From a virus (Duplodnaviria; Heunggongvirae; Uroviricota; Caudoviricetes), in IMG/VR virus record IMGVR_UViG_2698536647_000011, positions 1 through 27,882 of that record: a stretch of 27,882 bases of DNA, one strand, 5' to 3'. Every line of letters starts with the position of its first letter. The stretch's first letter is position 1. Below are positions 9,886 to 17,313 of the stretch, in pieces. The notes under the pieces were generated by a model. The model was not told the origin of the DNA, made no database searches, and saw nothing but the letters and a program-made list of their open reading frames with translations. Position numbers and translations under genes: made by a program.

Positions 9886-10416
9886 ATGACAAAAAGGAAG
9901 TACCGATTTTATCATGCGGACAGGGGTAACTTGCTGAGCCCTGACATGACAATAATCCCTGTAAATGGCCTCTCTTCATTTGGAAAGCATTATCTCTCCC
10001 GGATAAATAGTGGAAATATGAGCGACGTGCTAGACGAAAATGTACAAAGAGAGATGCTGTATGAAAATGTGCGGATGGAAAATTTCCCATCCCGCCCAAG
10101 CCGATTCTCGTGCCTTTTTGGTGCGAACTCCATTCCTGAAGCGGAAAGCTTCGCCAGAAAGATAATCCCGCAACCGACCACCCCAATTAATATTTATGAA
10201 GTTTTTACTGAAAATTTTGTGATTCTCGATATGAATTGGATGGATTACATAACAACAGATTTCGGTAGTAGGGTTGAATATGCCCGGCAGTACTGGTATT
10301 CATCAATTACCCAGCACGCCCCACTTACCGGCGATAGGATGATACCAACCCTGGAAGTCCTGCTGCCGCTTCCCGTGGAAGTAGGCAAGCAAGTCAGTAC
10401 TGTCGCTTTTGATTAA
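9886..10416 (+). CDS. Hypothetical protein (176 aa), AT-rich accessory gene between Q and holin, antisense to late transcription
   Basis: Clean ORF with AAGGA RBS 6 nt upstream; low GC; no recognisable catalytic motif. Confidence 0.55.
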   Translation: MTKRKYRFYHADRGNLLSPDMTIIPVNGLSSFGKHYLSRINSGNMSDVLDENVQREMLYENVRMENFPSRPSRFSCLFGANSIPEAESFARKIIPQPTTPINIYEVFTENFVILDMNWMDYITTDFGSRVEYARQYWYSSITQHAPLTGDRMIPTLEVLLPLPVEVGKQVSTVAFD

Positions 10417-10585
10417 TCTGACAGTTCTGCTCAGGGAAATGGGCCAAAGGTTTATGTAAAGTCCAAAGCACTTCGGAAAGGATAGCTTTATATAGCTCAC
10501 CATCATTTGCATGATAGCGAAACCTTTCAGAAGGTGAGATTTCGAAAAGTACCTTTCCCTCATCTGAAACAATTCGGACTTTCAT
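10394..10585 (-). CDS. Hypothetical small protein (63 aa)
   Basis: Strong RBS (GGAGGA, spacer about 4) before ATG at 10585; 3' end overlaps the convergent 176-aa gene by 23 nt. Confidence 0.4.
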   Translation of the reverse strand: MKVRIVSDEGKVLFEISPSERFRYHANDGELYKAILSEVLWTLHKPLAHFPEQNCQINQKRQY

Positions 10586-10713
10586 CTTTCCTCCAAATTA
10601 GAAGCTACTGATTCAGTTATTACTTACTCCAGATACGACAAAGCCCCACCATTTCTGGCAGGGCTAGATTATTAAGCTGTGTGTCGAAGTGACCACTCTT
10701 AACACGTTAAACT

Positions 10714-10743
10714 AAAAAATGCGGACCGCACTAGCATTTTTTT
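10714..10743 (-). terminator. Weak bidirectional terminator-like hairpin flanked by A- and T-runs
   Basis: AAAAAATGCGGACCGCACTAGCATTTTTTT; short stem only. Confidence 0.25.
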
Positions 10744-10745
10744 AA

Positions 10746-10880
10746 TTATTTTTGCCTACTAACGACTGCATCCATCTCAAGGCGAACATCCAGCATTGAC
10801 AGACACCCCTCAATAAACCCTTCAGCAAGCAGCATTTCTATGCGTATCTGCTTTTCGCTTTTCTTCCGGTGCTTCGCCAT
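10746..10880 (-). pseudogene. Possible 3' remnant of a second Q-family antiterminator gene (44-codon ORF)
   Basis: ...KQIRIEMLLAEGFIEGCLSMLDVRLEMD... parallels the C-terminal segment of the intact Q upstream (ISTIRREVKQIINASLFCL) and what I recall of QuuD-type C-termini; no good RBS. Confidence 0.25.
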
Positions 10881-10940
10881 CTGCCGTTTTGAATACCGTA
10901 GAATATAATGCCCAACCAACAAATGATTGTCTGCGGCCGA

Positions 10941-10966
10941 AATAAAAAAGCCCGAGACAAGCGGGC
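10941..10966 (-). terminator. Intrinsic terminator (candidate late-operon terminator, second of a tandem pair)
   Basis: On - strand GCCCG-CTTGTCT-CGGGC followed by TTTTTTATTT. Confidence 0.55.
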
Positions 10967-11040
10967 AATATGGGGGTAAGGCAATGCCGGCTCGTTGGCC
11001 GAAGGGTCCCAGGCAGTGGGTTCTGTGTGCGGCGTACCGC

Positions 11041-11070
11041 AAATAAAAAAGCCCCGCACGATGGCGAGGC
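11041..11070 (-). terminator. Intrinsic terminator immediately downstream of Q (first of a tandem pair)
   Basis: On - strand GCCTCGC-CATCGT-GCGGGGC followed by TTTTTTATTT; shares the AAATAAAAAAGCCC core with the 10941 terminator. Confidence 0.55.
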
Positions 11071-11151
11071 TTGGCATTCATTCATGTCACACACAACAAC
11101 GGCAACATATACGATTTATTCTGCTCATTTGTTCATTGAAAAGCAAGCTCG

Positions 11152-11634
11152 TTATGAGGATTTTTTTGCAATTTTCCTCACATTTTCGCGATTGTTAAAC
11201 GCATTTTGCAGCGGTTGGTACAAGCAGAACAGTGAGGCATTGATGATTTGCTTCACCTCTCTACGGATTGTCGAGATGCTTGGGTGTTTATACTGATTTC
11301 CGCCACGCGTCTTCATCAGGCGAGGCTTACTTACTGCATGCTGCCATGATGCAATTCGGATCTCGCTGGAGTTACAAACGTAGTAGGCGAAGACAACCCG
11401 CCAGGCATTTTCATCCACATTCTTCAGATAGTGACGAATGACAGCATCAATGAGCATCCCGTCATCATCACTACATACCGGTCGTGATGCTTGCTGGGGC
11501 TCAACGGTAGCCATGAATCTGGCAATCATGTTGATCATCGCTTTATCAATCTTGCCGGTCTGGCACCATGCGCCCCACAACTGGAGCCACTGGTCTACCC
11601 ATTGATGCTGGTCGTTGGTTAATTCCAGTTTCAT
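11152..11634 (-). CDS. Q: Late-gene antiterminator Q (Q21/QuuD-type family, not lambda-Q type)
   Basis: 160 aa; position between nin genes and lysis cassette; ...WLQLWGAWCQ... and ...SRPVCSDDDGM... resemble what I recall of E. coli QuuD (ERWGAW..., SRPQCCDDDGM); RBS AAGGAAG. Confidence 0.7.
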   Translation of the reverse strand: MKLELTNDQHQWVDQWLQLWGAWCQTGKIDKAMINMIARFMATVEPQQASRPVCSDDDGMLIDAVIRHYLKNVDENAWRVVFAYYVCNSSEIRIASWQHAVSKPRLMKTRGGNQYKHPSISTIRREVKQIINASLFCLYQPLQNAFNNRENVRKIAKKSS

Positions 11635-11746
11635 TATGCGGCTTCCTTCTGTGGCTGGTTGGTTTTGGTCTGGCTGTGCTTTGCTACTGGGGGCATGCAG
11701 GCGCGCTTAACGCTTTCTGCCTGGTACCGCAGGAAATCGGCGTGGC

Positions 11747-12391
11747 TCATGCGGCCTCCTGTCGGCGTGCCCGGCGTTTTTCCAGCGCGCGGGCTTTGCG
11801 TGTGAAAATGGATTTGATGCGCTGAAGGTATGGGATATCGAACCGGCGCGGCTCGTTATCAGACTCAAGGCGCTCGACACGTTCCTGTCCGATACGCTCA
11901 ACCAGGCGGATCCGGTACTCGACAGCATTCCCACTCAGCTGCCGGTTGCATCGGGTGCAAGCGGAGTGGACGTTAAAAACGTTGAATTTGAGGTGTGATG
12001 CAGCGCCGCGCGAACGGTAATGGCTAGCATCAATGGCGCTGCCAGTCAGGTAATTGCTTTTGCCGATGAGTGGATTGCCGCAGCTGACGCATTCTTTCCC
12101 CTCGTCCCGGATCCGGATGTAGCGGTTAAAGGCCGATTGAGCCTCTTTATCCCACTGGGATTTAGACTTGAGTGACTCGCGCTTTTCTTGTCGGCGTTTG
12201 CGCCCGGCCTTCTCGGCTTCTTTCTGCTCCTTTATGCGCTTAGCAGCGGCTTTCACCTTCTCCTTTTCGCGTTCTTCCATCGCGAGGATTGTGCCGTGCT
12301 CCGGGCAGCACCAGCGGATCCGGATGTCGTGGAATTTCGGCACGAAGTATTCACCGCATACTTTGCACTTACGGCGGGATGGCTTACGCAC
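11747..12391 (-). CDS. ninG: NinG / Rap recombination protein
   Basis: 214 aa; N-terminal Cys cluster (RRKCKVCGEYF...WCCPEHG), Lys/Glu/Arg-rich linker and C-terminal ...SCG...GHY...RCN...RIGQE... match lambda NinG; GTG start with AGGAGG RBS. Confidence 0.85.
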   Translation of the reverse strand: MRKPSRRKCKVCGEYFVPKFHDIRIRWCCPEHGTILAMEEREKEKVKAAAKRIKEQKEAEKAGRKRRQEKRESLKSKSQWDKEAQSAFNRYIRIRDEGKECVSCGNPLIGKSNYLTGSAIDASHYRSRGAASHLKFNVFNVHSACTRCNRQLSGNAVEYRIRLVERIGQERVERLESDNEPRRFDIPYLQRIKSIFTRKARALEKRRARRQEAA

Positions 12392-12554
12392 GTTTCCTCC
12401 TCGCCGCGAGACGCAGCCATTTCTGATCTACCAGGCGGGCGGTGTAGCCTTTCATAGTCGGGATGTCGGAGGGCTTAATCGCGGGCTTGCGCTGGCGGCG
12501 CGCCGGAACGCGGAAGATTTCGTTTGTGATGACGCGGGAAAGTGGAGTAGACAT
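12384..12554 (-). CDS. ninE: NinE-like small protein (56 aa; below the ORF-track cutoff)
   Basis: Hand-translated: MSTPLSRVITNEIFRVPARRQRKPAIKPSDIPTMKGYTARLVDQKWLRLAARRKRA; ATG overlaps NinB stop (TGATG), stop overlaps NinG start; C-terminus resembles lambda NinE (...TAHLWDIRWLR...RARK) from memory. Confidence 0.5.
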   Translation of the reverse strand: MSTPLSRVITNEIFRVPARRQRKPAIKPSDIPTMKGYTARLVDQKWLRLAARRKRA

Positions 12555-13009
12555 CAGTCCTCCTGCTTATCGCGCAGCTGCTGGTACTCGCAGCTCTGCG
12601 GGATGGTCAGGTGGCAGCCGATATTCATCGCCCAGGCTTCGACTTTGCACAGGAATATGTACATCTCGCCGGTTTCCAGCTCCGACGTATGGCGGAGGGA
12701 TTGTACGGTAGTGACCTCCCCGGACACGACGTCTACCCGGTCTTTGCTTTCGTAGCCGAGATAGGTGTGCTTCATCGCGTCTTTGACCCACTCAGGCGTA
12801 GCGAAGGTCTTACCGCGGGCGATGAGGTACTCGCTGATTTCCGTGTACCACATGTGGCTGAGCGCGTTCTGCGACAAGCTGCGCTTCTCGCGCCACGGCT
12901 TAACCTGCAGGCGGAAGCATTGCCCGGCGTCCAGCAATGGCTGAATCTGCTGGCCGATGGCCGCGAAGTTGCCGCGATGGAGCTTGATGCCGTCTACTGG
13001 AAGAGTCAT
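12554..13009 (-). CDS. ninB: NinB-like recombination protein
   Basis: 151 aa; ...REKRSLSQNALSHMWYTEIS... parallels lambda NinB ...ERNRSLDQNRKLWACLGDVS...; AGGAGG RBS; nin-region position. Confidence 0.7.
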   Translation of the reverse strand: MTLPVDGIKLHRGNFAAIGQQIQPLLDAGQCFRLQVKPWREKRSLSQNALSHMWYTEISEYLIARGKTFATPEWVKDAMKHTYLGYESKDRVDVVSGEVTTVQSLRHTSELETGEMYIFLCKVEAWAMNIGCHLTIPQSCEYQQLRDKQED

Positions 13010-13096
13010 ACGGCCTCCTTAACGGAAACCGCAGAATACAGAAAATCGCAGGTGCATTTCTGCATCTGTGACAAGGTGAGAAGTTCATATTGTGGT

Positions 13097-13120
13097 CGCA
13101 TTTAAGTCCCCTTAAATGCG
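13097..13120. repeat. Perfect 10-bp inverted repeat with 4-nt spacer (CGCATTTAAG-tccc-CTTAAATGCG)
   Basis: Read directly; lies in a 200-bp non-coding gap upstream of NinB where lambda carries tR2; no U-tract on either strand. Confidence 0.5.
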
Positions 13121-13212
13121 CAGAAGTCACAATCGGGTGTTCAGGCCGACTGCGACTTAATTATGGCGGGATGATTTGAGAAAATCAATTTGCGAATAGC
13201 GACAATATATAG

Positions 13213-13410
13213 TTAAGGAATCCAGCCTTCGCCGCAATTTCCTGTCTCTCTCATCCACTCATGACCGCATTCCGAGCATTTGTAATAACGCTCGTTTGCT
13301 TCGCGTCCGTGATGGCTGAAGTTAACGGATTTATCGCCTTGCAAGACCATGCATGGAAGAGGCGGGTCCCTTCGTCCAAGGGGTTGTTTGTTACATACTT
13401 CACAAGTCAT
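13213..13410 (-). CDS. Small zinc-ribbon protein (65 aa)
   Basis: Two CxxC pairs (CEVC ... CSEC) typical of a zinc ribbon. Confidence 0.5.
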   Translation of the reverse strand: MTCEVCNKQPLGRRDPPLPCMVLQGDKSVNFSHHGREANERYYKCSECGHEWMRETGNCGEGWIP

Positions 13411-13528
13411 AAATCCCGGACCTCACACGTCATTCGCCTGTAAAAAATCATTATACCAAGAAAGATTTGGTTAAGATGCGAGCGGAATGTAAAACATGTG
13501 TATAGCTATTAAATCGGTCCTTGGCGAT

Positions 13529-13789
13529 TTATTTTTTAGCGTCAAACCCCACATGATGGGACGCAACTTCAGTAAATTTACGAACAACATCCATGGCGAA
13601 ATCACCTCTCTCAGCAATCTTCCAGACCCAATGTACCACCTGCTCTGCGTTCGTTAGGTGGGAAAGAGGAATTGAGTAAACCTGTCCATGGATGTCAATC
13701 ACCTCAAGCTCATCGAGGCACACCTTAACAAGATCATCAAGCTCCCTTTCTCTTTCAAGAATCGTTGTGATGCTCATGCTATTTTCCAT
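13529..13789 (-). CDS. Hypothetical protein (86 aa from internal ATG)
   Basis: AGGAGA RBS 6 nt before ATG at 13789; annotated start at 13816 would overlap the upstream gene. Confidence 0.45.
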   Translation of the reverse strand: MENSMSITTILERERELDDLVKVCLDELEVIDIHGQVYSIPLSHLTNAEQVVHWVWKIAERGDFAMDVVRKFTEVASHHVGFDAKK

Positions 13790-13805
13790 TTGAATCTCCT
13801 GAAAT

Positions 13806-14060
13806 TTATTTTGCATTTTGCTCAGTCATTTCAATGTAGCGAGGATCAGATGCCTTAGGCAATGCAACGCTCTGCTCGCGATAGTGCCGCACGCGATCCA
13901 TGAAATACTCTCGTAGATGCTCTGGTTGCTCACGAGCTACCTGCTCGGCGATAACTGGCATGTTTAGGCGTTCTTTGTACGCCACACCAGAAGCAGCAAG
14001 GTCAACGTTCACCTTGTCCTGTTCTTCTTTTGATTTTGCTGCGATGTTATGGCTAGACAT
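13806..14060 (-). CDS. Hypothetical protein (84 aa)
   Basis: ORF with GAGGGGG RBS; charged, helical-looking sequence. Confidence 0.45.
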   Translation of the reverse strand: MSSHNIAAKSKEEQDKVNVDLAASGVAYKERLNMPVIAEQVAREQPEHLREYFMDRVRHYREQSVALPKASDPRYIEMTEQNAK

Positions 14061-14100
14061 GATGAATCCCCCTCAATGCTTTGAGAAGGATTATACAAAG

Positions 14101-14126
14101 AAAAACCGCCGAAGCGGTTTTGTAGT
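14101..14126 (-). terminator. Bidirectional intrinsic terminator
   Basis: AAAAACCGC-CGAA-GCGGTTTTGTAGTTTT; on - strand ACCGC-UUCG-GCGGU with U-run. Confidence 0.55.
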
Positions 14127-14152
14127 TTTCAAATATTCATCTCAATATCTGG

Positions 14153-14389
14153 CTAGTTGATATCAAATGCCAGTGGATTTGGGCGAACAGCGTTTATTTG
14201 TCCAATGGCCCATTGATGATTGTAGGCGGTTCCTACAGGTAGAAGATACCCGTAAGTACCATCTTTAAGCGTCACATGCATACACAAATGGTCTCCACCA
14301 TCTATATCGTAAATTGAGCCTTGAGGAATAAATTCCTCAGTTTTAATCAGTGTTATGCCGTTATTGCGTGGAAATATATAGTGATGCAT
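14153..14389 (-). CDS. Hypothetical protein (78 aa), AT-rich
   Basis: ATG at 14389 with GGAG RBS; low GC relative to neighbours. Confidence 0.4.
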   Translation of the reverse strand: MHHYIFPRNNGITLIKTEEFIPQGSIYDIDGGDHLCMHVTLKDGTYGYLLPVGTAYNHQWAIGQINAVRPNPLAFDIN

Positions 14390-14488
14390 TTTATAGCTCC
14401 TTTGTCGATTGGAGCCCAATTATATCAAGTTTAAATCTACGTCATTGAAGTAGCAGGATTTGTTACGTCCTGCCCTGAAACTCAGACT

Positions 14489-14716
14489 CTAAGCCGCTAT
14501 TTGTTTCGATTGGCATAGTTCCGGCAAATTAGCACGCACCAGCGCTTCAGCGAACGGCGGTGGCACCGCGTTACCGCAGCGGGCAACCTGTTTATCCTTC
14601 GCGTACTTCTTGCCCCGGTAGTCCTGGTCGATGATGTACCACTCTGGGAAGCCCTGCGCGCGGTATAGCTCGTGTGCAGGCGATCGAGTGATACAGGACC
14701 GTGCGCCGGGTGATTG
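14489..14716 (-). pseudogene. C-terminal remnant of a C5-cytosine DNA methyltransferase (last about 72 codons, no start)
   Basis: Hand translation in the frame not reported by the ORF track: ...ITRSPAHELYRAQGFPEWYIIDQDYRGKKYAKDKQVARCGNAVPPPFAEALVRANLPELCQSKQIAA*, carrying the conserved C-terminal motifs of C5-MTases (GFP...GNAVPPP); in-frame stop immediately upstream. Confidence 0.55.
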
Positions 14717-14740
14717 TTAGTTGTCATGGGTTAGTCCTCC

Positions 14741-15049
14741 TTAATCCCATTGCAAAACTGATGCGAAATATGCACCGCGACACGGCGTGTCACGAGGATG
14801 ATGCCAGCCTGAATACCCATCCTGACCACCAATTGGGCTAACTTTGTACCAGCACTGGTAATAGCGGGCGCTACTTGCAAAATCAGCCGCACCATCCGGG
14901 TCGATTACATCTTGTGACACAGAAGCCTGAATTATTTCCGCTTCCGTATAATCGCCGCGCATAACAATAAATCGCGCATCGTCCGAGCAAAGATAATCAC
15001 ATGAGCCGTCATGTTTACCTTTGGTGGTAGGTTTGATTAATTTATCCAT
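14741..15049 (-). CDS. Hypothetical protein (102 aa)
   Basis: ORF in co-directional early-right gene string; no family recognised. Confidence 0.5.
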   Translation of the reverse strand: MDKLIKPTTKGKHDGSCDYLCSDDARFIVMRGDYTEAEIIQASVSQDVIDPDGAADFASSARYYQCWYKVSPIGGQDGYSGWHHPRDTPCRGAYFASVLQWD

Positions 15050-15050
15050 C

Positions 15051-15422
15051 TCACTCCCCCTTCACGCCAATGCCAGCGGTGGCCGCTTCATGCGGGTGCT
15101 TTGCGTCCCATTCTTTCATGTACTCCTCAATTTCCCACGCCGTTTCACCGATAGTGCAAAGACCATCAATCACACGTTGGCGCTCCTCCGCTAAATTCTT
15201 CTGCTCCCGAGCCTCCAGTTCAGCAATCCGCTCCTCATACCGAGCGCCAACGGAAACGGCTTTATGGAAGGCTTCGCACCATTTGGACGATTGCGCCTGC
15301 ATCTTCTCCAGCTCATCCAGCAGCTCCAGCACGTCGCGAGTGGGAACCATGAAGTTCGGAATGAAGTTATCTTTCGCTTTCTCTGCTGTTAGGCGCAGCG
15401 CCTGTTTGTCGATGTTGCTCAT
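15051..15422 (-). CDS. Hypothetical coiled-coil protein (123 aa)
   Basis: ORF tightly packed with neighbours; Glu/Lys/Arg-rich helical sequence. Confidence 0.5.
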   Translation of the reverse strand: MSNIDKQALRLTAEKAKDNFIPNFMVPTRDVLELLDELEKMQAQSSKWCEAFHKAVSVGARYEERIAELEAREQKNLAEERQRVIDGLCTIGETAWEIEEYMKEWDAKHPHEAATAGIGVKGE

Positions 15423-15679
15423 TGGGCGGCTCCTTCTGTGCGATACATCATGATTGTCAGATCGCCTTTAGTCGCCAGGCGCACCGTTGTTCCTGGTTCG
15501 ATGCTGGACAGGTCAAACGCATCGTAAAATTCGTTTACTGCCTTCTGTCTACGAGATAGCTTTCTACGCTTATCCCACTGCTTTAGCGCAATGGAGATAA
15601 ACCACTGGCCCGTTTTGAACATGATGAATAACCACCCCATCAGAGCGAGACCAGTGTTTAGAATGTCCAGAATGCTCAT
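15419..15679 (-). CDS. Small membrane protein (86 aa)
   Basis: N-terminal hydrophobic segment (LALMGWLFIMF); overlaps neighbours by 4 nt (translational coupling). Confidence 0.45.
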   Translation of the reverse strand: MSILDILNTGLALMGWLFIMFKTGQWFISIALKQWDKRRKLSRRQKAVNEFYDAFDLSSIEPGTTVRLATKGDLTIMMYRTEGAAQ

Positions 15680-16119
15680 GACTGCACTCCTTTGCGAAGC
15701 TGTGCGGCGATGTCTTCGAGTACTCCATCAGCGAAGGAGCGATCAAAATCCCCCTCTGGCGCATCAGCCATAAACTCTGTAGATGTGAGAATCATCCGTG
15801 CGATGTCTGCCGCGTTCTTCGCCGTGTCATCTATAAACCCAGCCTCCCATGCGGCCAGCATCCTGTTAGCAACAAAGTGAGCGCCTTCCTTGTGGGCCTG
15901 CGCCCGCACTTCAGCCAGGAAAGCGTCCGTAGCAGGAGTTTCGCGTTTCGATGGCAGGTATGTGCCAGGATGTTTCAGGTCGTACACTTCCGCAGCCAGC
16001 GCCGCGAATGTGGTTTCAACCACGTTAAGCAGAGTCGTAACCTCTGTCGGTGACATGTGCTCACCACATTCAGCATTCACCCTGGCGTTTTTAATCAGAT
16101 CTTCGTATTTGTTGCTCAT
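15676..16119 (-). CDS. Hypothetical protein (147 aa from ATG at 16119)
   Basis: GGGGGAGGGAAGGGG RBS before ATG 16119; ATGA overlap with upstream gene stop. Confidence 0.5.
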   Translation of the reverse strand: MSNKYEDLIKNARVNAECGEHMSPTEVTTLLNVVETTFAALAAEVYDLKHPGTYLPSKRETPATDAFLAEVRAQAHKEGAHFVANRMLAAWEAGFIDDTAKNAADIARMILTSTEFMADAPEGDFDRSFADGVLEDIAAQLRKGVQS

Positions 16120-16460
16120 ACCCCTTCCCTCCCCCAAACCATCAAAATTCGCTTCATCGCCGCGCTGTTGCGGCACTCCTGGCAGATCACGTTTGCCTCT
16201 GTACGCTGCACCAGCTTCGAATTTCCCTTCGGCATAGCCGGGATTGTTTCTGGTGCGTATTTCATGCCGTAATCGGTCAGCCGATAAAGCCGCTGTCCGT
16301 GCTTGCCTTCGAACTCGATCAAGCCGTCTGCCAGCAGCGTGCTCACCGTTCCGGATATCTTTTTGGTGGTCATGCCGATCATGCTGGCAATACGAGCACT
16401 GTTCAGGCCCGGGTTGTTACGCAGGGCTGCAAGAATCTGCCCGCGGATTGTTATGGTCAT
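16116..16460 (-). CDS. Winged-helix DNA-binding protein (114 aa)
   Basis: MarR/wHTH-like pattern (...ARIASMIGMTTKKISGTVSTLLADGLIEFEGKHGQRLYRLT...). Confidence 0.5.
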   Translation of the reverse strand: MTITIRGQILAALRNNPGLNSARIASMIGMTTKKISGTVSTLLADGLIEFEGKHGQRLYRLTDYGMKYAPETIPAMPKGNSKLVQRTEANVICQECRNSAAMKRILMVWGREGV

Positions 16461-17311
16461 GCTGCCCCCTTAGAACGGTAAGAATCCCACGTGAATGACA
16501 GAGTGCACCCGCCGCCATCGCTCATGCGGTCAAGAACGCGCTCGCCGATGAATGCTGCCAGCTCTTCCCTTGTCTGGTTGCTGATCAGGATGGTCGGCTT
16601 CATACGCTCATAACGGGTGTTGATGATTTCGAACATGATCAGCTTCTCGGCCTCGCTGCCGAACTGGACGCCAACTTCGTCGATGATCAAAAGGTCCGGA
16701 GTGGTGAAGTGCGCAATCACGTCGTTCTCGCAGCGCTTCGCTGTTTTCGACCACGTTGATTTGAATTCGCGGGCAATCTTCAGCGCGGTGGTGAAAATTA
16801 CCGGGCTCTGGTGGTTCTCGATGACATAACGGGCGATCGCCAGGGCGAGGTGGTTTTTACCGGTTCCCGGCTTGCCGCACATCACCAGGCCACCACCCTG
16901 CTTCAGGCGCTCTGGCCACTTCGCGGCATACGCCTGGCAAACCCGCAGCGCGCGCTCTGACTCCTTCCCCACCGGCTGATAGCTTTCCAGCGTGCACGTT
17001 ACAAAGCGCTCAGGGATTTCGAGCTGGCGCAGCAGGCGATCGATGTTCTGCTGGCGCGTGCGGTCTTCCCACCGCTTTTTCTCGTCATACAGGAAGGTCA
17101 GCTCATCGCGAAGGCAGCCAGGACAACGAGTCGGCGGTGACGGCAGCTTGATCAGGCTGCTGGTAAGCACGCGTTTACGCTGTTCGTACTCGCCATGTTT
17201 CTCGCAAAGCACTGTTTCGAAGACGGTCTCGCAGTTAGGGAGCTGCTCTGGAGGTCTACCAAGGACTTCCAGCATTTTTTCGATAGCGTCGATTTTTTCG
17301 AGCAGTTCCAT
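16457..17311 (-). CDS. DnaC-like helicase loader (AAA+ ATPase, IstB/DnaC family)
   Basis: Walker A GKPGTGKNHLA and Walker B LLIIDEVG; ATG at 17311 with GAGGGA RBS (ORF-track start at 17329 is TTG). Confidence 0.85.
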   Translation of the reverse strand: MELLEKIDAIEKMLEVLGRPPEQLPNCETVFETVLCEKHGEYEQRKRVLTSSLIKLPSPPTRCPGCLRDELTFLYDEKKRWEDRTRQQNIDRLLRQLEIPERFVTCTLESYQPVGKESERALRVCQAYAAKWPERLKQGGGLVMCGKPGTGKNHLALAIARYVIENHQSPVIFTTALKIAREFKSTWSKTAKRCENDVIAHFTTPDLLIIDEVGVQFGSEAEKLIMFEIINTRYERMKPTILISNQTREELAAFIGERVLDRMSDGGGCTLSFTWDSYRSKGAA

Positions 17312-17313
17312 AC

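Noticed and set aside
10822-11094. 90-aa and 79-aa - strand ORFs spanning the tandem terminators
   Set aside because: They read straight through two strong terminator hairpins and have no RBS.
9657-11150. tRNA genes in the Q-to-S region (common in lambdoid phages)
   Set aside because: No T-loop (GGTTCGAxTCC) or D-loop consensus and no cloverleaf-compatible 70-90 nt segment seen by eye; not confirmed with tRNAscan.
11707-13130. ORFs overlapping ninG and ninB in other frames or on the opposite strand
   Set aside because: They overlap well-supported NinG/NinB coding sequences; Arg/Ala-rich translations typical of off-frame GC-rich reading.
14497-14727. 76-aa ORF (MTTNNHPAHG...) listed in the ORF track
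   Set aside because: Arg/Thr-rich low-complexity translation; the alternative frame over the same DNA gives clear C5-methyltransferase motifs, so this frame is treated as an overlap artefact, although its ATG has a good RBS and a short chimeric peptide cannot be excluded.
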